64,000 bases of DNA, from assembly GCA_030390025.1 (NCBI GenBank), contig CM059425.1, forward strand, positions 168,518,001-168,582,000, in the 5' to 3' direction. Below the pieces are notes generated by a model that saw only the letters and a program-made list of their open reading frames with translations, was not told where the DNA came from and searched no databases. The translations under genes were made by a program, and so were the position numbers. Shown in pieces: positions 11,931 through 23,394 of this stretch (position 1 is the stretch's first letter; each line of letters opens with the position of its first letter). The DNA is from Squalus acanthias (Eukaryota).

Positions 11931-13728
11931 TTACTTTTTATCCTGAAGTATTTTAAATTTCTGACCTAAAATTAGTACCAATATGGTTTAGTGGTAGCAC
12001 CTCAGCAGCAGGTGCTACCACTAAACCATGCTGGTACTAACTTTAGTAGGCTGTGGATTCAAGCCCCACTGCAGGACTTTAGTACATAATTTTAAGCTGA
12101 TATTTTGGTGCTGCATTGTCGGAGTTGCCGTCTTTCGGATGAGACGTTAAACCAAGGCCCTGTGCGCCGTTAGGAACATTAGTCGGCCATTAAGCCCCTC
12201 TAGCCTGTTCTGCCATTCTGTTAGATCTGTACCTCAACTCCATTTACCTGCCTTTGCTTCATATCCCTTTATACCCTTACCCAACAAAAATCTATCGATC
12301 TCACCCGCGAAAATTTCAGTTGACTCAGCATTTACAGCCTTTTGGGGGAGAGAGTTCCAGATTTCCACTACACTTTGTGTGAATAAGTGCCTCCTGATTT
12401 CACTCCTGAATGGTCTGGCTGTAATTTTAAGATCGTGCCCCCTTGTTCTGGATTCCTCCACTGGAGGAAATCGTTTTCCTTTACCCTATCAAATTCTTTT
12501 GCCATTTTAAACACCTTGATTAGATCACCCCCTCAATCTTCTATACTCAAGGGAATACAAGCCAAGTTTATGCAACCTGTCATCGAGGTTTAACCTTTAA
12601 CCACCAGTATCATTCTGGTGAATCTGCACTACATCTCCAAAGCCAGTATATCCTTCCTGAGGTGTGGCGCCCAGAACGGAATGCAATACTCTAGATGGCA
12701 TCTGGCAAATGCTCCACACAACTCGAGCATAACTTCCTCCCTATTTTATTCCAGCCCCCTTGAGATAAAGGCCAACATTATATTAGCCTTTTTGACTGCT
12801 TTTTGTACCTGTCCACTAGTTTTTAATTTGTGTACATGGACACCCAAATCTCTCTGCTCCTCTGCAGTTCCTAGTTTCTCACCATTTAGAAAATATTTAG
12901 ATTTGCTTTTCTTAAATCCAAAGTGGATGGCCTCACAGTTCCCCACATTGAACTCCATCTGCCATAGTTTTGCCCACTCACTTAATCTGTCTATATCCCT
13001 TTGTAACTTCCTGCTCCTATCTGCACTACTTACTGTGCCTCCCAATTTAATGCAATCTGCAAACTTGATATACAGCTCGCTATTTCTTCATTCAAGACAT
13101 TGATAAATATGGTGAAAAGCTGAGTCTCCAGTACAGATTCCTGGGGAACACCACTTGTCACATCCCACCAATCAGAGTACATCCCTTTTATCCCTACTCT
13201 CTGTCTCCTACACCCCAACCAATTTCTAACCCATGTCGTAAGGATGCCTTCAATTCCGTGTGCTTTCATTTTTACATGGAACCTTATCATGCCTTCTGAA
13301 AGTCCATGTAGACAACAGACACTCCTTTCTCCACCATGGTAGTGACCTCCTCAAAAAATTCAATTTGTCAGATATGACTTAGCCTTCACAAATCCATGCT
13401 GACTCTCTGACTAGCTCAAATTTGTCCGTGATCAGTCATTCTGTCCCTAATAACAGATTCTAATATATTCCCCAAAACTGGTGTTAGATTCACAGTTACC
13501 TGGCTTCTCTCTCCCATTCTTAAACATTTGCAATTTTCCAGTACAATGGCACAGTTCCCGAATCGAGAGCTTTGGAAGACTGATTAACGAATCTGCAATT
13601 TCCTCACTACTTTTAATGCCACGTGGTGGAAACCATCAGGTCCTGGAGATTTGTCTATCTCAAGTCTCATTATTTTCCCATTACCATTTTTTAAACATAA
13701 TAAATGCAGCAAGTTCCTCCCCTTGATA

Positions 13729-14285
13729 CAGGAAACTCTTGTTTAACCGGCACCTAAATATCCGGAATTCTCTCTTAACCGGCAAAAAATCATACTCCGA
13801 AAACTCCTCTCAAATAACCGGCAATGTGTCCGAGTCCGAGTCTCCCGCGAACGCCGAGTACTCCGAAAACTCCTCTCAAATAACCGGCAATGTTGCCGAG
13901 TCCGAGTCTCCCGCGAACGCCGAGTTAGTCAGTGGGGGTAGTTCTCCAAAGTGCCACTGCTCGGCCTCCTGGCGCTGTCGGAAGTCCGAACACTGCAGTA
14001 ACAGGAGTCTGATTCTCCCGCGCTGCCGGGAGTCTCACTTACTGTTAAGTAATTAAAGAGTTATGGATTACCCTCAACTGGCAGTACTGTACTTAATCAA
14101 GCATCTTCCACCATCCATTTAACACAACATTCTGTAGGTGAGTAACCAAATACTGTATACTGCACATTTCTTGATTTTTTTATGTTAAAAATAGCCTCGG
14201 TAGATATAACTCTCCGTTATCCGGAACTTTCGATCAACCGGCACCACGCCGGTCCCGTCGGTGCCGGATACCAAAGAGTTTCCTG
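13729..14285. mobile_element. Tc1-mariner (pogo/Tigger-like) MITE
   Basis: TA TSD at 13727-13728 and 14286-14287; 26-bp TIRs CAGGAAACTCTT..CCGGCACC (22/26 match). Confidence 0.85.
13793..13924 (+). repeat. 66-bp tandem duplication inside the MITE
   Basis: 13793-13858 and 13859-13924 differ only by GT vs TG. Confidence 0.95.
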
Positions 14286-14340
14286 TATATTTTTCGTTTC
14301 CCTTGTACTACTGGTATTTTGACCTCTTCTACTGTGAGGA

Positions 14341-14930
14341 CATAGATACATAGATACATAGAAGATAGGAGCAGGAGTAGGCCATCCGGCCCTTCGAGCC
14401 TGCTCCGCCATTTAATGAGATCATGGCTGATCCTCCAATTCAGTATCCCGTCCCCGCCTTCTCTCCGTAACCCTTAACCCCTTTTGCCTGTAGAAATATA
14501 TCTAATTCCCTCTTAAATATATTTAATGAGCTGGCGTACACTGCCCTCTGTGGCAATGAGTTCCACAGGTTCACCACCCTCTGAGTGAAGAAATTCCCCC
14601 TCATTTCTGTCCTAAATGGTTTAGCCCTTATCCTTAAATTATGTCCTCTAGTTCTGTTCTCACCCGCCAAGGGAAACATTCCTTCTGCATCTAGTCTGTC
14701 TAGACCTGTCAGAATTTTATACACTTCTATGAGGTCCCCTCTCAATCTTCTAAACTCCAGTGTGTACATCCCTAAACTACATAGTCTCTCCTCATAGGTC
14801 AATCCCGCCATTCCTGGTATCAGCCTGGTGAATCGCCGCTGCACCCCCTCCATGGCAAGAACATCTTTCCTCAGATGAGGCGACCAAAACTGTACACAGT
14901 ACTCGAGGTGTGGTCTCACCAGTGCCCTGT
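14341..14930 (-). mobile_element. Young CR1 LINE (family A, copy 3), 3' 590 bp
   Basis: ORF 14440-14919 translates identically to the C-termini of copies 1 and 2; same tail. Confidence 0.95.
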
Positions 14931-15789
14931 GCAGGACGGATGCAAAGTACTAATTTAACAAGTCTGCCAGTTCCTTATTGTCGATTTACAGTATCCTCTG
15001 CATCTATCTTTGAGCCCACATTTCCCTTGACCACTCTCTTTTTTAATATATTTGATATTCCTTAAGTTTTTTTTTCGTATTTTATTTTTGCAGATCTTAA
15101 TGCTTTTTTTATATCCCTTTGTTGCTTTTTATAGCTCTCCCAGTCTGCTGGATTTCCCGTTCAGGTGGACGTAAAATATTCTGTGGCACTTTTCAAAGAA
15201 GTGCTCGGTGTCCTGGTGAACATTTATGCCTCATCCAACATTCCTAAAACTGATTAACAGGACCTTTCAGTGTGTGAATTGGAATTCTCATTCCATGCAG
15301 TAGCTCTTGATTGACAAGAAGGAGGAGATACATTACTCAAACACGTAGATCACCTTTAATGCGGTAAAAGAATTTGCTTTTATATAACGTAGTGAATAGG
15401 GCTGCTATTGATTCAATCACATCGTTATTTGAGAACTTTGCAGATGGTGCTTGTTTGAGCCAATTGTGATTTTCTATGCTATGGATGTGTGGTACCTTTT
15501 GAATATATTAAAAAGGTTATATAATAAATGAGCTACAATATTGGAAAAGTGGAGTCAGTGTTTACATGGAAGTTCAGAAATAACTTCAACTGCAATTTGC
15601 TGCACTGCACTCAATTCCATGTAAGTGAACGGATCAACTCTTTTTTTCTTGTTAACTGAATCATTATTTTTTAATGGCTCCCATGGGGAATACTTTTTTT
15701 CATTCAGTTAACATATATTGCCCAAGTCACGGTATCAAATAACTAGAGGCGTTATCATTACATTTGGTTGATATAATTTATAAAGGTAA

Positions 15790-16490
15790 CTTTCCAATCT
15801 ATCTACCTTTCGGAAAATCAAAACAATGTTATTCAACTCCCATCAAAAACTCTGTACCCTTACCACCAGCTCCACCCCCTTCCCAGCTGCTCACTCAGGT
15901 TAAAGCAGACCACGTGTCTTGTTTGACCCAGAACTGAGCTTCAAACTCCATAACCCATCCATCACGATGAACACTTACTTCCACCTCTGCACCATTACTC
16001 ATTGCTGCCAAGACCCTCATCAATGCTTTTGTTATCTCTAGGCTTAAATTCTCTAAAGCCCTCCTTGCTAGCATCCCGAGCTGCACCCTCCATAAATTCC
16101 AACTTGTCTAAATACTCTCTCACATGAAGCTTTGCTCACACATCACTTCGGTTCTCACTGACCTTTATTAGCTCTCTGTCCCACAAAGCATCCAATTCAA
16201 AATCCCTGTTTTCATGTACATGTCCCTCACCTTCCCCACCCTACCTCATACAACCTCCTCTAGTATTGTGCCTCATTCGACGTTCTTTAATCCTGTAATC
16301 CAGTGTTCCACCATTGGAAGGAGAGTCTTCAGCCACCTCGGACTCACTTTCTGGATCTCCTTCCTTGAACCCATTTGCCCTGCTATCTCTCTCCCTATCA
16401 TTAAAAATCTTCTTACCATCCTGTCGGTCACCCTTCCTCCCTGATGCACTACTGCTTGGTGTCCATTTTCACCTGTGTGGAATGTACTGG
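15790..16490 (+). mobile_element. Old L2-type LINE fragment
   Basis: ACCCTCATCAATGCTTTTGTTATCTCTAGGCT and later blocks are homologous to 37012-37801. Confidence 0.65.
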
Positions 16491-16815
16491 GATTGCATAG
16501 AATTTGCAACATGGAAACTGGCCGTTTGGCCCAACTCGTCTGTTGATATTTATTGTCCACGTAAGTAGTAGTCTTAATCCCACGTGCCTGCCCTGTTTGC
16601 ACATCTCTTTATTCCCTTCTCCTTTAGTTACCTACCTAACCCATTCTTAATTGTTGATATGGTCTTTGCTTAAATCACTAATTCTAGGCGTGCAATCCAC
16701 AGCCTCATAACCCTCTGTGCAAAAAAGTATTCTCCTGCTCTTTGTCCTAAATCTCTTACATTTCGTCTTGTATCTATAGCCCTTTGTTCTCGACACCTCA
16801 ATCACTGTAGACAGT

Positions 16816-17350
16816 GGGGGGAATTTTAACATGGGTGACTGGGTGGGTGTGGGTGGGGGGGTTAAATGGGCAAAAATTCCAAGCGTGTTGGGAAGCCGGC
16901 TCCAAGCTGCCGACTTCTGGATTTTACTGAGGCAGAACAAGGGGCGGGCAGCCAGCCACTCCCAGGAGGCGGTTTGGTATTTTAAATATGTTAATGAGCC
17001 TGGAAACCTCGGATTTAACCTGCTTTGCAGGTTTTACTGTGGCCAGCTGGGTTTCCTGGGCTGCAGCTGCAGCGAGGCGATGATTGCCTCGGGGAGCAAT
17101 CCTTGTGGGCCAGGAGGAGCAGGTGTGCTTCGTCCCGGCCTCCAAGTTCCCCCCCCTCCCCTGGTCGGCGATCGGACCTTGTGCTCCCTGCCCGACTGGA
17201 TGCCAAACTTGCTAATTAGGCTGATTTCCGGGCGGGAAGCCTGTCAGGGCCAAGAGTTGCACACTGTGAAGATCTCCACAGTGTGCAGGAAAACTCAGAT
17301 TTCCGGACTCCCCACGCTTCCAGTGTGTTGGAAAGTAAAAATTCCCCCCC
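16816..17350. mobile_element. GC-rich MITE, Harbinger-group-like
   Basis: TIRs GGGGGGAATTTT / AAAATTCCCCCC, flanks AGT/AGC; interrupts a CR1. Confidence 0.75.
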
Positions 17351-18076
17351 AGCGTTTCTATTCACTCTGTCCCATTCCTTCAAAATTTTAAACTCCTCTA
17401 TCAACTTACCACAATAATCTTCTCTGTTCTAAAGAAAACAGCCCCAGTTTTTCCAAGTCTTTCTTCAAATATGTAATTCTTCATACTAGGCAGCCTCAAA
17501 GTTAATCTTTGTTGCAGTGTAGTATTGCGCACAATACTCCGAATATGGACTTACTAAGGTTTTAAAGATTATTGCCATTATATCTTGACTTTTATATTCT
17601 ATACCTCTTGCCATAAAATACTTTTTTAAATGGTCTTATCCACTTGAGGTGCTGCTTTTAATGTTTTGTGAACCTATCCCCCACTCACCCAATTCTCTCC
17701 ACTCTTGCACATCACCCAGCTTTTTCCCCAAAGTATAATTATTTTTTTACCGAAATATGCCACAACGCATTTACTGACATTGAATTCCAACTGCCACGTC
17801 TGTGCTAATTCCATCATCTTATTAATGTCTGCTTGCAACTTCATTTGGTGCTCAGTACTATGTTCTATGCAAATTTAGTCACCACTTCCCCTATCCTATA
17901 ACCAAATCATTGATGTACATAGTGAACAGAAGTGATCCCAGAATTAAACTCTGTGGGACACCACTACCCACTTCCAACCACTCAGAAATCTCCCTTAACT
18001 CATAATCTCTGTTTCCTTCCTTCTAAATTGAGAGGTCGCACAACACCAGGTTATAGTCCAACAGTTTTATTTGAAA

Positions 18077-18115
18077 TCACAAGCTTTCGGAGCTTACTAC
18101 TCCTTCGTCGGGTGA
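18077..18115 (-). ncRNA. Minimal hammerhead ribozyme, family A, with a core substitution (CCGACGA)
   Basis: The minus strand reads TCAC-CCGACGA-A-GGAGT-AGTAA-GCTCC-GAAA-GC-TT-GTGA; helix I is TCAC/GTGA. Confidence 0.7.
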
Positions 18116-18445
18116 AGTAAAAAGATACAGAATCGCCAAAGCATATATAGATAGAGAACAATGCATGTGTACCTTACAATTGCAGACAACTAAATTAAAT
18201 CATCCTGACTATCTGCCGAGGTGTGATAAAGTTAATCAGGTCAGCCAGGAAGGTACCACATCAAAGACATAGCAAGATACAACTGAGACAATGAGGTGGA
18301 GTCGCAGGGGGTCTAACGTGTCAAAAGCTGCCGTCTGTATGTAAACCGATAAGCTTTAAAATTTTTACTTTTTTACTGGGAAAATGTTTTACTTTTTTAC
18401 TGGGAATCACATCTGTGAACAAGCCAACGACGACTCGAGTCCGGA

Positions 18446-20362
18446 TCACGTCATGTATCGTGACATAAACCCAAGATCCCGGTTGAGACCGTCTTCATCA
18501 GTGCGGAACTTGGCTATCAGTTTCTGCTCGATGATTTTGCGTTGTCGTGTGTTCCTAAGGTTGCCTTGGAGAACGCTTACCCGCAGATCCGAGGCTGAAT
18601 GTCCTTGACTGCTGAAGTGTTCCCCGACTGGGAGGTAACAATCCTGCCTGGCGATTGTTGCGCGGTGCTCGTTCATACGTTGTCTCAGTGTCTGCATGGT
18701 CTCGCCGATGTACCATGCCGCGGTGCATTCTTTCCTGCAATGTATGAGGTAGACAACGTTGGCCGAGTCACATGAGTATGTACCATGTACCTGGTGGGTA
18801 GTGTCCTCACGTGTGATGGTGGTATCTGTGTTGATGATCTGGCATGTCTTGCAGAGTTTGCCGTGGCAGGGTTGTGTGGTGTCGTGGTCGCTGTTATCCT
18901 GAAAGCTGGGTAATTTGCTGCGAACGATGGTACTTCTGAGGTTAGGCGGCTGTTTGAAGGCAAGTAGTGGAGGCGTGGGGATGGCCTTAGTGAGGTGTTT
19001 GTCGTCATCGATGATATGTTGAAGGCTGCGAAGAACATGGCGTAGTTTCTCCGCTCCGGGGAAGTACTGGACGACGTAGGGTACCCTGTTGGTTGTGTCC
19101 CGTGTTTGCCTTCTGAGGAGGTCTATGCGATTTTTCGCTGTGGCCCGTCGGAACTGTCGATCGATGAGTCGAGCGTCATATCCCGTTCTTACGAGGGCGT
19201 TTTTCAGCGTCCGTAGGTGTCCATCGCGTTCCTCCTCGTCTGAGCAGATCCTGTGTATTCGCAGGGCTTGTCCATAGGGGATGGCTTCTTTAACGTGGTT
19301 AGGGTGGAAGCTGGAGAAGTGGAGCATCGTGAGGTTGTCCGTGGGCTTGCGGTAGAGTGAAGTGCTGAGGTGTCCGTCTTTGATGGAGATTCGTGTGTCC
19401 AGGAATGAAACCGATTCTGAGGAGTAGTCCATGGTGAGTTTGATGGTGGGATGGAACTTGTTTATGTTATCGTGTAGTCTTTTCAGTGATCCTTCGCCAT
19501 GGGTCCAAAGGAAGAAAATGTCGTCGATGTATCTGGTGTACAGCGTTGGCTGGAGGTCCTGTGCAGCGAAGAAGTCTTGCTCGAACTTGTGCATGAAGAT
19601 GTTGGCGTATTGGGGTGCGAATTTGGTCCCCATGGCTGTTCCGTGTGTTTGGGTAAAAAAATGGTTGTCGAAGGTGAAGACATTGTGGTCAAGGATGAAG
19701 CGGATGAGTTGTAGGATGGCGTCTGGAGATTGGCTGTTGTTGGTGTTGAGTACTGAGGCTGTCGCAGCGATGCCGTCATCGTGGGGGATACTGGTGTAGA
19801 GTGCCGATACGTCCATCGTGGCGAGGAGTGTTCCTGGTTCAACTGGTCCGTGGGTGCTGAGTTTCTGCAAGAAGTCTGTAGTGTCGCGACAGAAGCTGGG
19901 GGTTCCCTGTACGATGGGTTTCAGAATGCCCTCGACGTATCCAGAGAGGTTCTCACACAGGGTTCCATTGCCTGATACGATAGGACGTCCGGGTGTGTTG
20001 GCTTTGTGTATCTTTGGGAGGCAGTAGAAGTCTCCCACGCGGGGAGTACGTGGGATGAGAGCGCGTAGGATGTTTTGAAGGTCTGGATCGAAGGTCTTGA
20101 TCAGTCTATTGAGTTGGCGGGTGTGTTCTTTGGTCGGATCTGCGGGTAGCTGTCTGTAGTGTTCCTGGTTGTCCAGTTGTCGGTATGCTTCTTTACAATA
20201 GTCCGCTCTGTTCTGTATGACGATGGCTCCTCCTTTGTCCGCTGGTTTGATGACGATGTTGCGGTTGGTCTTGAGAGCGTGGATGGCGTTGCGTTGTGCT
20301 CGGGTGACATTCTGAACTGTCTTGTGAGTGCGGCTGATGAATCTGGCGTTGATGCATCTCCT
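18446..20362 (-). CDS. Penelope reverse transcriptase / GIY-YIG endonuclease, N-terminally truncated, 639 codons open
   Basis: The tracked 530-aa ORF extends 108 codons upstream without a stop (IVIKPADKGGAIV). Motifs LPKIHK, RPIVS, DVSALYTSIP, GTAMG, RYIDD, FLD, CxxC, NVVYLIHC..WYIGET..R..EH, GLN. Confidence 0.93.
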   Translation of the reverse strand, partial: RRCINARFISRTHKTVQNVTRAQRNAIHALKTNRNIVIKPADKGGAIVIQNRADYCKEAYRQLDNQEHYRQLPADPTKEHTRQLNRLIKTFDPDLQNILRALIPRTPRVGDFYCLPKIHKANTPGRPIVSGNGTLCENLSGYVEGILKPIVQGTPSFCRDTTDFLQKLSTHGPVEPGTLLATMDVSALYTSIPHDDGIAATASVLNTNNSQSPDAILQLIRFILDHNVFTFDNHFFTQTHGTAMGTKFAPQYANIFMHKFEQDFFAAQDLQPTLYTRYIDDIFFLWTHGEGSLKRLHDNINKFHPTIKLTMDYSSESVSFLDTRISIKDGHLSTSLYRKPTDNLTMLHFSSFHPNHVKEAIPYGQALRIHRICSDEEERDGHLRTLKNALVRTGYDARLIDRQFRRATAKNRIDLLRRQTRDTTNRVPYVVQYFPGAEKLRHVLRSLQHIIDDDKHLTKAIPTPPLLAFKQPPNLRSTIVRSKLPSFQDNSDHDTTQPCHGKLCKTCQIINTDTTITREDTTHQVHGTYSCDSANVVYLIHCRKECTAAWYIGETMQTLRQRMNEHRATIARQDCYLPVGEHFSSQGHSASDLRVSVLQGNLRNTRQRKIIEQKLIAKFRTDEDGLNRDLGFMSRYMT

Positions 20363-21997
20363 GCTTCTAACCAGTTTTTAATCCAATTTGATACTGTCCC
20401 CCTAATTCAGTGCCCCTTTGTCCAATAGTCTCCTATGTGGTACCTTGTCAAAGGCTTTCTGTTCTCTACATTAAAGATCAGTATACAAATACAAGTCGTT
20501 GTTAGGTTAAATGCCACTTTATAAATGCCTAGATTAATGGATAGATCAAGATGACAGATGAAACCACTTTGAGAAATTGTTTTGTACAATTTCACTGGTT
20601 GGCTTTGTGGTGCTTGGTGGTTTGTTGGCCGGTTTTTGCTGCATTCATTCGTAGGTTTTTGCTGCTTGATAGTTGTTCATTGGTAATTTTCATGTCTGTT
20701 TAGTCATATTTGAGGCAATCCCATCGTTTTCTTGAGAGTAGTTTGTGATTTGTTGCTTTTTGAATGAATGCTATTTTAAGTCATGCACATGAACAAGTGA
20801 CATGAACATTTTACCCTGTCTGAGACTTTGAAGTGTAATGTAGAGTTTCCCATATATCTGATGAGCACTGGATGCAAGATTTCTAATTGCATAGATATTG
20901 CAGTGAAAAACGTGCCAACTTTGAAGCTTCTGAACAGAAATATTTTTTCTTTTAACTATCTACTTGATTGGTACAATACCTTGACTTGCCTGTTTTTGCT
21001 ACTTTCTGCTTGGGTCTGTTTTGCTCAATAAAGAAAAATTGCAACAGTTTTTGAACTTATATTGCAGCTTCGCCAAAGGTTTAGGGAGTATTTAAAAATG
21101 CATGACTTAATCAAGGGCAGATAGCATTTATTTGTTAAAGTTGTTTTTGACATTGAATAGTTTTTTTTGAAGCAATTACCAATTGCTTAGATTAAAAAGA
21201 ATGCAGTACATATAGTGTACAGTGAAACAAGTCAATTACGGTCACCTTAGGGACTGACATGAGCTCGCCTTTTGTAGGTGTCCTTATTTTTAAAATGGCC
21301 ATTGTAGGTACTGTAATTTTTTTTTTATAACCAATAATCTTGAAGAACCAACTGAGATTATCAGCACCTAATCAGCTGCAACACACTGCTAAGAATGCTC
21401 CTTGCACACACCAGCGTTCAGCTCTGTTCACTTAATAGTTTTGCGGTCTAAATTCCCATTTCATTACAAACCACTATCACTTGGAGCAGAGTGTAACTTC
21501 AGTAATGGACTGCGTTTCTCAGTTCTACTTACCAGCATCAGGGCAGCCACAGGCCAAAAAAAGGGGGTGGAAAATGTTGTGACCCGAAATGCCGGTATAT
21601 TGAAGCTTCCAAAGGCAAGTCTTAGAATGGATTGTGAACATTTGGGAGGGAAAACACAACAGGCCACATTATGTGTAGGAATGATACTGCAGTATTCAGG
21701 TTGAGCAGTGAGTCTGCAGGAAGATGGCTAGGACTCACAGGCCTGTCCATCACTCTATAGAGCAGCAAAGAGACAGAGACCCAGTATAGCCATCACCCTT
21801 CACTCCCTAAATCCAAATCTCCTTTGAATTCACCATCAGAAAACATGGGAAAGATGATGATTGCAGGGTCATGGGGAGAGGAGCTGCCATTAGCTGCTGA
21901 AAGAGTGTATGGACACTGTGCTGGGGGCGCTGGGGCAGGAAATAATGACCCCTCTTGCTGCTCGCATGCGCTTTCCTTGATTCTGGAGGCTGGTGAG

Positions 21998-22040
21998 TAG
22001 GGTTGCCAACTCTGGTTGGAGGTAATCCTGGAGGTTTGAC
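21998..22040 (+). mobile_element. hAT-like terminal fragment
   Basis: Begins TAGGGTTGCCAACTCTGG, a hAT-type TIR motif; no partner TIR found. Confidence 0.4.
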
Positions 22041-22046
22041 CACGTG

Positions 22047-22803
22047 GCCCATTCCGCAGTCTCCATCTCTCGCCCCCGAGCCCCCCATTCCCCAGTCTCC
22101 ATCTCTAGCCCCCAGCCCCATTCCCCAGTCTCCATCTCTTCCCCCAAGCCCCCCTTTTCCCCCGTCTCCATCTCTTCCCCCGAGCCCCCCATTCCCCAGT
22201 CTCCATCTCTTCCCCCGAGCCCCCCAGTCTCCATCTCTAGCCCCCAGCCCCATTCCCCAGTCTCCATCTCTTCTCCCCGAGCCCCCTTTCCCCCGTCTCC
22301 ATCTCTTCCCCCGAGCCCTCTTCCCCACCGAGCCCCCATTCCACAGTCTCCATCTCTCACCCCAGCCCCATTCCCCAGTCTCCATCTCTCACCCTGGGCC
22401 CCCTTTCCCCAGTCTCCATCTCTTCCCCCAAGCTCCCATTCCCCAGTCTCCATCTCTCTCCCCGAGCCCCCAGTCTCCATCTCTCCCTGAGCCCCCATTC
22501 CCCAGTCTCCATCTCTCACCCCAGCTCCATTCCCCAGTCTCCATTTCTTCCCCTGCGTCCCCATTCTCCATCTCTTCCCCCGAGCCCCCATTCCCCAGTC
22601 TCCATCTCTCCTCCCGAGCCCCCTTTCCCCAGTCTCCATCTCCCCCTGAGCCCCCTTTCCCCAGTCTCCATCTCTCACCCACAGCCCCATTCCCCAGTCT
22701 CCATCTCTCACCCCCAGCCCCATTCCCCAGTCTCCATCTCTTCCCCCGAGCCCCCAGTCTCCATCTCCCCCTGAGCCCCCATTCCCCAGTCTCCGTCTCC
22801 CCC
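22047..22803 (+). repeat. C-rich minisatellite, about 23 units of roughly 27-36 bp
   Basis: Recurrent core CCCCAGTCTCCATCTC with variable CCCCGAGCCCCCATT linkers. Confidence 0.95.
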
Positions 22804-23394
22804 TGACTGCCGACTCTCGGGGCCCCCTGATTGCTCCCTCTTACTCTTGACCCTCGAGTGTACCCGACACCAGCCGGTGTCAGAAATTACACAGTGGAGT
22901 CAATCAATCCCAGAGTTAGTGGTTTCTCTGCCACTATGGAAGTTGGGTAAAAGGCTCCGCATTCCACAAAATGCTGTTTCTTTCCCAAAACCTGCTGCCG
23001 CATCGCACTGACCTCACGAAAGTGACGGGCCCAAGAGAATTTGAGAAGAAAGGAAGCAAGCTGCAAGGAGAAGCACCGGTGATCCTGACTCGGTGAAAGT
23101 TCCAGATACAGCAGCTTTGCAACAAGCTGTGACCCGTGTTTTAAGTTGTAAAAGGGCTTGCTTGATGCATTGAAGTCTTCCCGTAGTTCTTAATTTACGA
23201 ATGTCCGTGATTTCAGAGTGCCTCTTGTATATTTTATATTGCAAGTTATTTGGGTCTCAATAAGTGTCCACTTTTTTTTTTACAGGTGTTTGTTTTTTTG
23301 GAAGTGTCAGTTTCAGCAAGTGTTTGATGAGATATCTGGCATGATACTTGTTAGAAAAATTCAGGCATGTAGTATAAGAAGAGAATGGTTGAAA

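Larger units (their letters stand above)
12172..15156 (-). mobile_element. Older CR1 LINE interrupted by a MITE and a young CR1
   Basis: Minus-strand ORF pieces 12234-12461, 12746-13045 and 13030-13290 are CR1 ORF2 (SGVPQESVL, WQMEFN, SRTRGH). Confidence 0.9.
11985..15285 (+). mobile_element. Deu-domain SINE split by a CR1 insertion (parts 11985-12171 and 15157-15285)
   Basis: The SINE stops at ..GGCCCTGTGCGCCGTT and resumes CCGTTCAGGTGGACGTAAAA; CCGTT is duplicated at 12167-12171 and 15157-15161. Confidence 0.75.
18027..20363 (-). mobile_element. Penelope-like retroelement (family A), 5'-truncated, young
   Basis: RT + GIY-YIG ORF, hammerhead-bearing 3' end, 7-bp TSD CTTCTAA at 18020-18026 and 20364-20370. 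Confidence 0.95.
16495..20480 (-). mobile_element. Old CR1 LINE interrupted by a MITE (16816-17350) and a Penelope element (18027-20363)
   Basis: CR1-like 3' end at 16495, decayed SGVPQ motif near 17950; resumes after 20363 with the FDKVPH-encoding segment. Confidence 0.75.
21220..23330. mobile_element. Possible ancient Tigger/pogo-like DNA transposon relic
   Basis: TA-CAGTGAAAC..GGTCACCTTAGGGACTG at the left end and degenerate GTGTCC-containing subterminal repeats at 23200-23330; no clean right TIR. Confidence 0.3.

Noticed and set aside
16831..17391. 186-aa ORF
   Set aside because: Lies within a GC-rich MITE and has no transposase or other motif.
19089..20428. Plus-strand ORFs over the Penelope element
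   Set aside because: Antisense shadows of the real minus-strand frame.
21807..22806. Long Pro/Ser- or Gly-rich ORFs
   Set aside because: Translations of the C-rich minisatellite, open on both strands, with no gene context.
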